DNA of 64,000 bases from Octopus vulgaris (taxonomy: Eukaryota): contig OX597830.1 of NCBI GenBank assembly GCA_951406725.2, positions 3,906,001 through 3,970,000 of the forward strand, in the 5' to 3' direction. Below the pieces are notes generated by a model. It was not told the DNA's origin. It did not search any database and saw only the letters and a list, made by a program, of their open reading frames with translations. This document shows positions 12,912 to 25,781 of this stretch, piece after piece. A program made the position numbers and the translations under genes. Each line of letters opens with the position of its first letter. Positions within the stretch are counted from its first letter, which is position 1.

Positions 12912-13098
12912 AAGATAATGAGCTGGCTGAATAGCTAACACTTCGTCCACCTTCATGTTCTCAGTTCAAATTCTGCAGAGGTCAACTTTACTTTTCATTC
13001 TTTCAGGCTTGATAAATAAATACCAGTTGAACACTGGGGTCGATGTAATTAACCCCTCTACTAGTATTGTTGGCTTTATGCCTAAATTTAGAACCAAT
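12912..13098 (+). mobile_element. SINE family A (decayed)
   Basis: GAGCTGGCTGAA..CAGTTCAAATTCTGCAGAGGTCAACTT..ACTGGGGTCGATGTAATT. Confidence 0.8.
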
Positions 13099-14732
13099 AA
13101 TATGTTTTTACATTTATTTTAATAGCCTATTGTTATAACAAACATATTAAAACCATTTGTTAATTTTCTCACTAATTTTATTTCAAAACTAAATTTTTCA
13201 TTGTTACAATCATGTTTTAAGGTTAAAACTAGTGGATAAATTTGGTATTTCAATCTTGTGCTCAATGCTAATTTTCTGAATTTTAATTTTTGCTGGTTTC
13301 TGCTTCTTAAAAAATGTAGATATTATTAAAGCAACAACTGTTATTTCATTGCAACAATTTTGTTGATTATAATTAGAAAATGTTGCCTTGGAATACATAA
13401 AGGTAAAAATAATATATAGAAGAGGTTTTGTTAATACATGTGCTTGATAAAAATGATTTTGTTACTCTTGCTGCGCAGCTGTTCTTGGTCTTAAGAGAAA
13501 TATGAATAAATTAGAACAAGTTTATTTCATCTTTGCTTTAAATATACCAATCTTAATAAATATAGAACTTTCAGTTTCAAAGAACTTTTGAAAGTAACAG
13601 TATTCATAAAATTCTACACAGTTACTTTTCTACATCAAAACACTGTTTATGAAATATTGAAAGCAGAAACCGAATTGTAAGTTATATGTAATTAATAAAT
13701 TCCAAACAAGAAGTCATAGAAATATTTTAAAATCCACATCAGCTTTGCATCATTAAAGAAAAACTAAGATGAAGGAAATGATAAAAGTTAGTAAGCCACC
13801 TACTTTACTATATTTAACTTGTCAAATATATGAGCTCTTTTAATATTAATTTTCAGAGACTAATTACAGAAATTCTTTTTTTTTATTTTGAAGGATTTTC
13901 AAAAGGAAAAAGAAATCTGATTCAGTTTGTTATGTATTTAATCAAAATTTATTTAGTAATAATATATTTTTTTAAGAAAAATGATTTCATCATATGTGCA
14001 TCTTTTATATTGATAGTATTTTGGTGTTTCAGAGTTCAAACCATGCTGCACTTTGTCATTCATCCTCATAGAATTAATAGAGAGAAATCAGGTGCCTATT
14101 ACAGAATGATCCCTAGGATAGAGCCTCTATTGGGTCACTCAACCTGCTAGAAATAACAACCAAGTATCCTATGTGTATTACAGTGTGAAGGTGTTAATTG
14201 GATAAACGTTATGTGGATGTTGAATGGATATACTGACACAGGGTGTAGATGTTCAGAGGATACGATTACATTGAGAAACATTCTACTGATACATTAATGA
14301 ATAATTTAAACAAGAAAATTAGTTTTGCAAATTGCATCTTAAAAGCAGCAATATCTTGGACAATAATATCAAGAAATGAAATGGCTGTTAATGTTGGTTA
14401 ATTACAGACATTTATGATTTGACAAACTCATGATCAAAGATTCTTCAGCAGTGATACCACCAACCTTTCCTTTTTTAATCTCTGGTGCATTTAGGACTAG
14501 ATTATCCAATACATTTTAATTTTTTAAGATGACAGGATATGAATGTAGAGGGATTTTGCTGCTATTTCACGTTGGTTGGGCCATCATATGGAGGCACCCT
14601 CATTTGCTCCATAAAATACAGGTTATTTTATGAAGGAGATATTTGCTTTACAAGTAATTATATAGACTTCCCCAAAAAATCTTATGCCAGACTATACTGC
14701 AAAACAAAATTTGTAGCTGCTTTATACGTGTG

Positions 14733-14783
<51 letters not shown>

Positions 14784-15094
14784 GTGTGTGTATAGATAGA
14801 TAGATAAAGATATAAGTATGCAACATGTTTTTCACCCCAAATAATTTTGACTTTAATATATGTTTACTTAGATTTTTAGATTTCATGATAATAGCAAAAA
14901 GGAAATACAAAAAAACACCAGAAATTGAACTCACAACAGAAACATGGAAATTTTGTGAGAGACACTTTGAATCAGAGACATTAATGACATTGGAACATTG
15001 ACTAAAATATATTAGTTTGCTACTGAATGCAGCCTAGCACTAACAGGAGCTTAGTCTTTTCAGCTTTCATTTCAATTAAAAGAACTGATCCTGT

Positions 15095-15440
15095 AGGTGC
15101 AGGTGTGGGGATGTGGTAAGAAGTTTGCTTCTTGGCCACATGGTCCTGAGTTCAGTCCCACTGCATGGCACCTTGGGCAAGTGTTTTCTACTGTAGCCTC
15201 AGGGTGACCAAAGCCTTGTGAGTGGATTTGGGAGAAGGAAACTGAAAGAAGCCTGTCGTATATGTGTATGTGTGTGTGTTGGTAGGTTTACATCTCCATA
15301 ACTTAGAACTTTGGTCAAAGGGATTGATAGAATAAGTACTGAAGGAAAAAAACGCTGGAGTCAGTTTGTTCAATTAAAAATTTGAGATGGTGCCCCAGCA
15401 TGGCCACGGTCTAATGACTGAAACAGTTAAAAGACAAAGG
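15095..15440 (+). mobile_element. SINE, family C with CR1-LINE-type tail
   Basis: GTGGTAAGAAG..GAGTTCAGTCCCACTGC..GGAAACTGAAAGAAGCC, then (TG)n, then tail GGTGCCCCAGCATGGCCACGGTCTAATGACTGAAAC. Confidence 0.9.
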
Positions 15441-15576
15441 ATGGAAAAGCAAACAGCTTCAAAAGCATTTCCAGAGTTAATTAACCCTAATTTAGACAAA
15501 TGTATTATGCTCTGCAGATTGGTGTGTAATGATTTATTGATAATACTTAATTAAAGAAGCAGAAAAGAAAATGTAT

Positions 15577-15776
<200 letters not shown>

Positions 15777-15789
15777 TGTAATAATGGTT

Positions 15790-17065
15790 ATATGCGGAAG
15801 ATGCACACAAGCAATAAACACTAAGGGCACATTGGAAATATATTTTCTCAAATGCCATGGAGGCTTCCTGGGTTTAGAAGATAGTTTCTGTTACCTGGGT
15901 AACTGGATTAGCAGTGACAGAGGATGTTCTGAAAGTAGGAAGAAAGGAATGGAGAAAGTTCAGAGAGCCATTACCTCTGGTCTCTGTCGCAGTGAAAGAC
16001 AGAATGTATGATGCTTGTGTACGAACCACAATGCTACATGGTAATGAGACACAGGCTCTGAATGCAATGGAAAATGTAAAGACTGGAGGAGGACAGAGCT
16101 AGAGTAGACCAGTGGATGTTCAATATCAGTAAAACAAAGTGCGAAGGTATTGAGAGGAAAGTGAGACAGAAGAGGAATCGGACATTGTGTGTGAGTGAGA
16201 AGAGTGTGCTAGTTTGGTCATGTATTGCAGATGGCTACATAAAGTGATGGTCAATTAAAGTGGCTGAAACTTGTGGAAGATGGAGATCCAGAAGGACATG
16301 GGATATAATGGAAATGGCTTATCTCATGAGGCTCAGCCTCATGGAGGAAATGACATGATTTGCAGGGCTCAACAAGAGCAATCCATCAAGGTAAATAAGA
16401 GGGACTAAAGCATTTTGTCTACACTTGTAAATGCTGGGCTCTGTACCTTTACCCTGTCTCATCTAGTCTCCCCCATCTACCCACTTCCCTCAGCATCCAT
16501 CCATCTTTGGCTTATGTTACATCCCCGAACTCTTTGTCCTATCATTCACAACCTCCCCACTCTCTTCCACCCTCATTATTATCTCTTCCCCTGTACCTCC
16601 AATTATTCCCCACCCCTTATCTGACATACTTCATCTCAACATCTCACACACCTGCTATCATTTCCCAGCATCCTCCTGTGTCTGTCACTGCTCCCACCTT
16701 TTTGTACCTCGACATCTTCCTCCCTTCTGCTCCCACACCTTGCTCATCACATCATCCCCTACTTCCTGATCTATTATCCCTCGGCCACCTTTATCTCTCT
16801 CACCTTACACCCCCACCCACCACACTATTTCCCATCAAGCCACATCTCTTCTCCTGTTCGTTTCTCACTACATCCACATCTCACCCCATCTCTAAAACCA
16901 CCATCTCCACCGTCTGTAGCATCTGGTCCTTGACGGGGTTTCCTCTGGTACCCCATGACTATTATCTTCTACCCAGCTTTCCCACCCACCCACACATCAT
17001 GCAGGGTGGGGGACTAGCCACATATCTTCTCTATAGATTTTGATGGATGTTAAACGATGATGGAT
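15790..17065 (+). mobile_element. Decayed 5'-truncated RTE LINE: C-terminal coding part, C/T-rich putative 3'UTR and (GAT)n end
   Basis: EDSFCYLGNWISSDRGCSES, WRKFREPLPL and VKDRMYDACVRTTMLHGNET match the 48107-48345 copy. A pyrimidine-rich stretch at 16430-17000 is followed by GGATGTTAAACGATGATG. Assigning that stretch to the element is an inference. Confidence 0.75.
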
Positions 17066-17084
17066 GGTGAGATATATACCCAAT

Positions 17085-17243
17085 GATAGAGGTATGGTTA
17101 AGTGGTCTACTTTATACTCATGAGGTTCCCGGTTCAATTTCAGTGCACAACACAAGTGTCTTCTTTTATGACCTTGAATTGACCAATTCCTTATGAGTGA
17201 AATTTAGAAGAAAGAAACTGTGCAGAGGTCTGCTGCTTATCTC

Positions 17244-17301
<58 letters not shown>

Positions 17302-17510
17302 TTTCACATTGATATTATTTGGGCTGTAGTGTTTAGTGTTTATGGCTTTCATATTCAAAATGCCTTGCATCAGTTCAACATGCAAAGATGTGGAATAAAG
17401 TACCTTATCTGAACTCAAGTTAGAGCTGGTTTTAGGAAGGGCATCTAGCTGTAGAATACTGCCTCAAGAAGTCTCATCCAACCCATGCCAGCATGGAAAA
17501 TAGTGGATTT
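17085..17510 (+). mobile_element. SINE, family C head + (TG)n + RTE-type tail (decayed)
   Basis: ATGGTTAAG..GGTTCAATTTC..GAAACTGTGCAGA, then (TG)n, then AGGAAGGGCATCTAGCTGTAGAA..CCCATGCCAGCATGGAAA. Confidence 0.7.
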
Positions 17511-17720
17511 GGAAGCCAGAATACTCCACCACTTCTTGTCCTGAGTTTTGATCTTTAGTACAGTCCAAGTGTATCCTGCCTTCTTGACATTCTCCTCTTG
17601 GATCTTAGACCAGCTATAATTATACCACTTCTCTATTTTCCTGAGGGATTCCATATAAGATCCTGCCTGGTAATGCTTGTTACAGATTTCTGGAATGCAT
17701 GTCCATTCCACCCCCTGTTG
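17510..17720 (-). pseudogene. RTE LINE C-terminal remnant
   Basis: WNGHAFQKSVTSITRQDLIWNPSGK..VKKAGYTWTVLKIKTQDKKWW resembles the RTE end motif WIGHTLRK..ITRQALxWNPQGKR..AQDRxxW. Confidence 0.7.
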
Positions 17721-18084
17721 TCTTTGTATCACCCTGCACCACACACATACACACGCACGCATGCACGCGTGCACACACACATACACGAGTGTGGCTGTGC
17801 ATGTATGTTGCAGAATAATGTATTGTGATAGTTTTTTTTTTTTTTACATTTTCCCAAGAATATAAAAATTATTTCATTGCAAATAATTGGAAAAATTGAT
17901 AAATTTATTATTATTCTTGATGGAATTGTTCTGAAAATTATCTTCTGAAATATTACACAGTTCATTCTATCCCTGTGTGTACTGCAAAAAGAACAAATTT
18001 TTTTAACTCCTTTAACATAGAGAAGGTTACTATAGTAACAAATAAGAACAAATCTTTTTCCAAAATATTTCTGGCATTATTAGA

Positions 18085-18552
18085 TATTGGCGTTGGTGAA
18101 AGAAGTTGTGTAGTGGATGAGACTGAAAGAGCTGAAAACAGATAATTTCCTCTTTGGTCAAGCCCTCATCAACTTTTTCAAGTTTCACTTGGAAAGGAAG
18201 GTGAGGGTAGAGAGGAAAGTCATGCCTCCCAGCATTTTTTATCAAAAGATGGGTGAATGAGGCAAGAATGGTCTGAGTGAGTAGGCCTCCTCTGAGCATG
18301 TACCTGTAGGTCGAAGGAAGATGTTGTGGAGAGGGCACTTGCCCTTGTGGTCATGGTGACCTTGTTTCTGTGGGGTCTCCACAACTAATCCTAAGAACTC
18401 TCTCACTTTCGAGGATTTTTTTGTTGCTAGAATTTCTATTATCATTTTTACTGTTTAGATGCTTCTGTTTATGTAACCCCACATTGTAGTCTTCTGTATC
18501 ATCCCTAATGTTCTTTTTCTTTTTTCTGAACACTTAGTGGTAAATAAAGGAA
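18085..18552 (+). mobile_element. Probable 3' end of an L1/Tx1-clade LINE
   Basis: Near-open frame ALVKEVV*WMRLKELKTDNFLFGQALINFFKFHLERKVRVERKV..IKRWV has the KxxIWxxR..RW pattern of L1/Tx1 C-termini. It is followed by a T-rich UTR and AATAAA at about 18543. Confidence 0.55.
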
Positions 18553-18989
18553 ACATTATTAAAAAGTGGCTTTTCATATATTAATGGTAAATTAGCTTTC
18601 TGATCGTTATTCCTTTTCTCTTGTCTATTAATTTCATTGATTATTTATCAAGACAGAGAAAGCAGAATTGGATCCAATCTTTTGCTTGATTCAAACTAAG
18701 ATCAAATATTTCTGGAGTTTAATTTCATGATAATCCTATCAGAAATTACTAATTAACTAATTATAAGAAAATATGGGAACAAAATGTAAGACTACCTAAT
18801 TTTGCTGCCTTATAATTAACTAATTTCTTGCCTTCAATATATTCTGCCCCTTTAATTGATAAATATTTGTTGAAATTCAAATATGAAGCTTGCATATCAT
18901 AAAACACATTTTTCCCTTCTCAAAGATTAATTTTAATTATTTCTCATGATTTATTTCTTCATTTTATTTCTGAGTTTTATCCTTATTTT

Positions 18990-19383
18990 TTCTCTTATAT
19001 TCTTTTACTTGTTTCAGTCATTAGATTGTGGCCATGCTACAGCACCATCTTGAAGAATTTTACTCAAATGAATTGACCCAAGTATCTATTTTTTGTTTTT
19101 AAGCTTGGATTTTACTCTATCAGTCTCTTATGCTGAACTGCCAAGTCATGGGGATGTAAATACACCAACACCGGTCATCAAGCAGTGGTGGGACAAACGC
19201 ACATGCACATGCACATATACCATAAGCTTCTTTCAGTTTCCATCTACCAAATCCATTTGCTAGGCTTTGGTCGGCCTGGGGCTACAGCAGAAGATACTTG
19301 CCCAAAGTGCCAGGCAGTGGGACTGAACCCGGAACCAGGTGGTTGGGAAGAAACATCTTATCTGACAGCCATGCCTCTACCTA
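18990..19383 (-). mobile_element. SINE, family C with CR1-type tail
   Basis: The + strand shows TTTTACTTGTTTCAGTCATTAGATTGTGGCCATGCT.. and CTTTCAGTTTCCATCTACCAAATCC..GGGACTGAACCCGGAACC. Confidence 0.9.
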
Positions 19384-19440
19384 TTATATTTAATTTTTTT
19401 TAAACAAAGTTCTATTCATTGTTGTTGTTGTGTGTGTGTG

Positions 19441-19472
<32 letters not shown>

Positions 19473-19489
19473 CAGATAGGTAGATAGAC

Positions 19490-19548
<59 letters not shown>

Positions 19549-19560
19549 CTGACAGATAGA
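19441..19560. repeat. (GATA)n microsatellite
   Basis: Direct reading. Confidence 0.97.
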
Positions 19561-22500
19561 TTCCTATTTTCCTCCAGCTACTGCAGTGGTATTTCTTGCC
19601 TTGGCCTTTGTCCAGTTTCATTTCAGTTCGATAACAATTAGAGAACAAAGTCTGTAGTTATCAATATATTTATGATTATTATTAACATTGTTTTTAACAT
19701 GGAATAATGCTGCTGGCAGATAGCAAGAAAGAAAATGGCAATGTAAACACCATCCTTTCTTCAGAGAAAGACATATTTTGTTGCCAAAATGGACCAATCG
19801 AATGACAATAGACTATCTACAGAATTTTGCCCTGGGTATTCCTGTAACGATGCCATATTATGAAGGTTTGTTTAATGTTATTGTTTTGGATCAGTATCAC
19901 TATGCATCAAGTAATTCCTGAGGCTGTGTGTAGAAGTAAAACTACAGAACAGATAAATTATCATTTGGCTTACATTTAATGTAAATAGCAGAGCAAAATT
20001 TAGATAATACTCTAAAACAACATACTGTTTTTTTAAATTTTGTTTTGTTTTTTCGCTTTTGTTCATATTATAACAGTTGAGAGCTAAAATATTTTAAATT
20101 CTTTGTTTATTTCTGTGTATGTTTATTTATACACAACATTGTTAAAGTAAAATAGTTAAGTGCTACCCTGGATAATGCACTGTTACATAATCTTACAAGA
20201 CTAATACCAAGTAAATATTACAAAGGGAAAAAGAAAAAGAGAAAAAAATGTAAGAAAAAGTAAAATAGTTACAAAAAAATTACTAAAATAGAGGCATCAG
20301 GAGTAACTAAACTATCATGAATTTTCCAGTGATAACCACCACCACCATCATCATCATCATCATGTCCATATATCGGTGCTGGTATGGGTTAGATGTTACC
20401 TCTCCAGCACAGCATCTCACCCTCTTGTTGTTCATAAACATCTTCATGAAACAAATCCTCACCCTTCTTCCTATATCTTCTTCTTCTTCTTTCAGTTACT
20501 TTACTTTCTCTTGTCCCTTTTTTTAAATTTATTTTTACCAGATTGTTGTCCTCTTCTGTTACTCTCACCTCTTCGCATTAGCCCAGAGCTCCCTTCTACT
20601 ATTTTTTCCTCTCTCCGCTTTGGCATGCTTTGACATTCATGCACTTTAACACTTTTGATACCAACCTGTCTGAGACTGGCTTTGGTTCTACAACAGAAAT
20701 TTCCTGTTTTACAATTATCGAAATGAAAGCCTTCCATTCAAATCGCAAATCAGCTTCTGTTGCAAACACCAGCTTAATAACGATGAAGTTATTTTACTAA
20801 ATTCTTCATTATTTTGAAAATTAATTGAAAAAGTGGCAGTGCATTTTAAGAGATATATGGTAACCAAAGAAATAAGGTTACACAACCAGTGGAGCATAAA
20901 TAAATGGCTTTATCACACTCACAAAAGACATAAATATGTCGTTTCTTTTTTCTCTCTTACAGCAGTAATTAACAGTTACAATAAGAGTTGTTATTAACCT
21001 AATGAGGGTTCATAATTATACTCATTATTGTAATGATGATGCTTGTAATTATAATTGTTATATAATTTATTCATAATTCATTCATGGTAAGCAGGGTCAT
21101 CAGAGATAATAATGTTTCCGCTGTTTTAATTACATTAAAAGATTAAACCTCATAATAAGGTATTATTGGTTACAGTGTAATGACTTTTGGGAAAGACAAA
21201 AATCACAGCCTTCCTTTTTGTTTTCTCAAGAATTCTCTTCCTGCTGTCAGTGGTAGAATGTTGTAGTGCCAAGATGTCATTTTAATTTCAACTATCAACT
21301 AAAATTTACAGGAATGTTTTAAAATCTTAAAATTTTCATTTATTTTTTTTATTGCTTAGTCAAAAGAGAAATCCATGACCATTTCTCAGGGACTTCAAGG
21401 CTGCTGGTAGGAGGGAATAAGGTAGAAAGGTAATTTTCAAACTGGAGACCTGACTCTCCACCTGTAACCTGGATGCTTGCAGCAGATTGGACTCAACTAA
21501 AGGTACTCAATGTCCAAATGCTACTCTTAAACTGAGCTACAGGATCCAATTCCTTCACCCAGTTTACATCAATGAAATTTCCCTCAAAAGGCTTCGGACA
21601 ACTCTTAATCTATTGCAGAAGACATTTTGTTAAGATGTCGTACTGTGAAATTGAACCCAGAAACCGTAAATAGCTGCATCTAGTACCGTATGTAAGATAA
21701 ATAAAAACGTTTAGTAAGAGCAGAATCAGACTTGAAGTTTAATATTGCTTCTTAAATAATGGAAAAATGTGATATAAACTTTGCAGTTTTGATAATTTTC
21801 TCCTCTAGCTTGCTCAGTCTCCTTGAAATTATAGTCATCAGAAAGAGATTTTCTCTAGCAGAAAATATGAAAAAGCATATTAACTGCAAATCAGACACTA
21901 CCTCCAAAATTCTATAAAAGAAATTGATATTATTACATAAGATAATAACAAATAATGAAAGTTACGTTATGATTCATATAAATTGAAAACATCATAAAGA
22001 ATCCTCCTCTTATTAAAACATCTATGAAACTGAAGAGCTTCAGGAAGATTTCTTGAGTAAATAAGCAAGGCATAACTAAATGAATACAAGTTAATAAATT
22101 GATATTAAAAGAAACAAAAACAAATACATGAATGATATCTAATTGCATATGAAATGATTTCCAAATTGGTAAGTTAACAAAAAGATCTCTTCTATGAAAG
22201 CATATCAACACTAGAGACATCCCTCTCTAACTAGAAATAAATATATATTGTAAACTTTTCTTCAGCTGAAACTCATTTTCATTGTATTTATGAAGTTTAG
22301 AAATTAAATTTTTCATTTCCACAAAATTATACTTCAAATGCTATAAGATTCTGCATTAGAATAAAGGAAAAAATGCTTAATAAACGAGATTATTAAACTG
22401 ATCCTTGAGCTCTAATAATGTTTTTTATAACTTCCACAAATTCATTATAAAGCTTAAAATATATTATCAGATATTTAATTAAAAATACAAACAACTGCCA

Positions 22501-22781
22501 TCAGCAAATGGAGCAAAAAACATTCGGTGAACAACAATCTATACATAATCTCTGTAAATAATTAGCACTCACTCTCTCTCTAACATGCACTCCAAAATGT
22601 ATATAAGTGTGTGTGTGGGTGTATGTGTGAGTGTATGTGTATCATGTGTAGTGTATGTGTGTGTATGGAAAAAGTATATTCCCACTCAGGAAAGATTATA
22701 TATATATATATATATATATGCACACACGCACATACGTACCCAAATACAGGTATTCACACACTACAAACATGTCTATGTGTA

Positions 22782-22836
<55 letters not shown>

Positions 22837-22868
22837 ATAAATATTCACCAATGTGGCACAAGATCAGC

Positions 22869-22899
<31 letters not shown>

Positions 22900-24043
22900 A
22901 TTAAAAAACAGCAAAAATACCATGCTGCTTTTTAATAAAGCATTTTACTCTACCTCTGGTATTTGAGTACTATTTTTCCACCTTATTTCGCATTTATGCG
23001 CTTACTCTGGTAAATATATGTATGTATATATACGTATATATATATGTTTGTGAAAGAGAACAACAAATGCCGAGGTATCACAAGCATCTCGAGTCCTCTT
23101 TCACAAATATATATCTGCTAAATCGGAAACCTAAAAGGGATTCATAGTTCCCATCTCAGTTATGAGCTTAGAACCTTGATAATCCATTACAGTACCTACC
23201 CAGTGTACCTATTCATATAGATCACCAGTGAACTAAAACCCCCATGTTCTATATATATAAAGAATGAGAAAGGGTGTGTGAATTTCAGATGCTTGGATAA
23301 GTGTTTATGGTCAGAAAAGAAGACCCTAACATTTCCAGTTAAATTCTGTCTGAAGGAGAATAGTAGTATTTTTTAAAAAGTTTGTTATCATTGTGAATAT
23401 CATACATTTTGGAAGAGGACCATAAGAAAGAATATAGTAAAAAGATCATTGATAGATTGTTGGTATCAAAAGAGTTGAAATTTTATCTATCCTGCTAAAC
23501 TTTCTGTCCATGATCAAATTTGATTTGACAATAAATCCAGGTTCTTAAAGTAAATGCAAATTGGCTCAGTGAAATTAAGAAAATGGTTGGAAACGTTGAA
23601 AACCAAACAATGCTAACGCTTGATTTTTGAAACTATTTCCTTGTTACTTTTTTTTGTGATATTAAAAGATCTTCAAGTGATATTGATGGGTTAGACTAGG
23701 CATTCACTGTGGAGCCGTTATTTTTACCAACAGGCTGTGATATTTTCAGCATTAGCTTAAAAGCAGGGCAATAGTGTTATATAATAAGGTACTTAAGAAT
23801 TGGACATAAGCATTTGCCTGTTTATTCTTCTTTTAGCTGAGATGGGTTATATGTAGTTCTAGAATATTGCTTGAAGATAATTGGTGAGAACATCAATTAG
23901 AATTTGCCAGCAACACCTCGAAGGTAATAAAGGAGTAAAAAAAACCCAGACATATTAAACTTGTATCAGAAAAATACATGAAAAAAACGCTAATCTCAAA
24001 CTTTTATTCAATAAACATAAAAGAATAATAAAAATAGACAAAA

Positions 24044-24669
24044 AGGCACAGACACGGTTGTGTGGTAGGAAGGAGGCGGTGAGCTGGCAGAAACGTTAGT
24101 GTGCCGGGTGGAATGCTTAGCAGTATTTTGCCTGCCGTTACGTTGTGAGTTCAAATTTCGCTGAGGTCGACTTTGCCTTTCATCCTTTCGGGGTCGATAA
24201 ATCAAGTACCAGTTATGCACTGGGGTCGATGTAATCAATTTAATCCTTTTGTCTTCCCTTGTTCGTCCCCTCTATGTTTAGCCCCTCATGGGCAATAAAA
24301 AAATAAGAAGATTGCTTCCCAACCACATGGTTCCAGGTTCGGTCTCACTGCGTGGCACCTGCGTGACAAGTGTCTTCTACTATAGCCTCAGGCCAACCAA
24401 AGCCTTGTGAGTGGATCTGGTAGACAGAAGCTGGAAGAAGCCCATTGTGTGTGTGTGTGTGTGTGTGCTTGTCCATCACTGCTTGACAACTGGTGCTGGT
24501 GTGTTTGTTCCCATAACTTTGCAGTTCTGCAAACAAGATCGATGACATAATTACTAGGCTTCAACAAAATTAGTCCTGAGGTCAATTTGTTTGACTAAAA
24601 CCCTTGAAGGTGGTGCTCCAGCATGGCAACAGTGTCAAATACCTGAAACAAGTAAAAGAATAAAAGAAT
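24044..24669 (+). mobile_element. SINE family C (CR1-type tail) interrupted in its head by a family A SINE
   Basis: Head GGCACAGACACGGTTGTGTGGTAGGAAG resumes at 24311 (ATTGCTTCCCAACCACATGG). Tail GGTGGTGCTCCAGCATGG..CTGAAACAAGTAAAAGAATAAAAGAAT. Confidence 0.9.
24073..24303 (+). mobile_element. SINE family A nested in SINE C
   Basis: Close match to 6632-6862. Flanked by TAGGAAG (24066-24072) and TAAGAAG (24304-24310). Confidence 0.92.
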
Positions 24670-24704
24670 TAAATAGATCAAGGGTGAAACTGTTGTATTA
24701 TTAA

Positions 24705-25101
24705 CTAGCAGTATCGCTCAGTGTTGCTTGGGTTTGTTTCGACCCTTTAGAATTGGAATTTTTTAAAAGTAAAAATTTCGCATTGTGTAGCTTGTTATTC
24801 TCTTTAAGTGAACATTTTCTGCTTGAAATATACTGAAAAATATACTGCGACACAGCAGTGAAAAAATCGTAAAAAATAGGGATTTTCATAGAAAAAAAAA
24901 GCACCTTTTCGATGTAAATAATTTTTGGTGTTAACATGGTCCGATATGAATTTTTTCTTCTACGGAAGGAAGAGCAAGCCTTTTTCTATCATACTCTCAA
25001 TTTTGGTCAACTTGCACCTCAGGATCTCGGATGAGATAGTGTTAGTTGAAGGCTGCCAAACCTGCCATACACAGACAACTTCAGCTTTATATAGAAAGAG
25101 A
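24705..25101 (-). mobile_element. Non-autonomous Helitron-like element
   Basis: On the - strand it starts TCTCTTTCTATATAAAG after a host A and ends CCCAAGCAACACTGAGCG (degenerate hairpin) ATACTG CTAG before a host T. No TSD, as expected for Helitrons. Confidence 0.75.
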
Positions 25102-25109
25102 TAAGGTAA

Positions 25110-25330
25110 TAAGGTAGTGAGCTGCCAGAATGGTTCAGGTTTCAGACAAAAGTTCTTAGAGACATTTCATCTGGTTTTGCATTCTGAGTTCAAAATCTAC
25201 TGAGGTTGACTTTGCCTTTCATCCTTTCAGGATCAGTAAAAGAAGTACCAGTTATGCACTGGGGTCGATGTAAATGACTACACCTTTCTTCTAAAATTTC
25301 AAACCTTGTGCCTTTAGTAAAAAAAAAAAA
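25110..25330 (+). mobile_element. SINE family A (short-tail variant)
   Basis: GAGCTGCCAGAA..GAGTTCAAAATC..GCCTTTCATCCTTTCAGG..CTGGGGTCGATGTA..CCTTGTGCCTTTAGT, then an A-run. Confidence 0.85.
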
Positions 25331-25732
25331 GAAATTATTGATAGGTAATCAGTTCTTGATTCCTAAATTGCTATATTACATGAGGTGCTTCTTTGCAGTC
25401 CAGGGAATGTCAGTGTTATTTATTCTACAAGTCTCAGTTTACATAGCGATAAAAGTAATTCTGAACAATGCAACTGCCCCCGCCTTCAATAAACATCTTT
25501 TTTCAAGTAAAGTTGTTGTTTTTTTCCCCTCATCTGTTTAGCATCATGGAAACCAGAGAGATTCTATAATGTTTTTATAACTAGGAACCAGCTGACTTAG
25601 AATAATGCCTTTATATCAAAATATTATATATTGCTTTTACCTTAAAATTTGTCCCTCTGTAAACATAGCTCACATTTCCTTTTTTCTTAAATGCAACCAA
25701 TTTATTTCAGAAACTCAGAAACACACATGCGT

Positions 25733-25781
<49 letters not shown>

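Noticed and set aside
16507-17043. 178-aa Pro/Ser/His/Leu-rich ORF
   Set aside because: It is a by-product of the C/T-skewed tract, with no protein family features.
23440-23930. Possible decayed LINE on the minus strand
   Set aside because: Only a vague KDLG-like hint; no collinear motifs that I can support.
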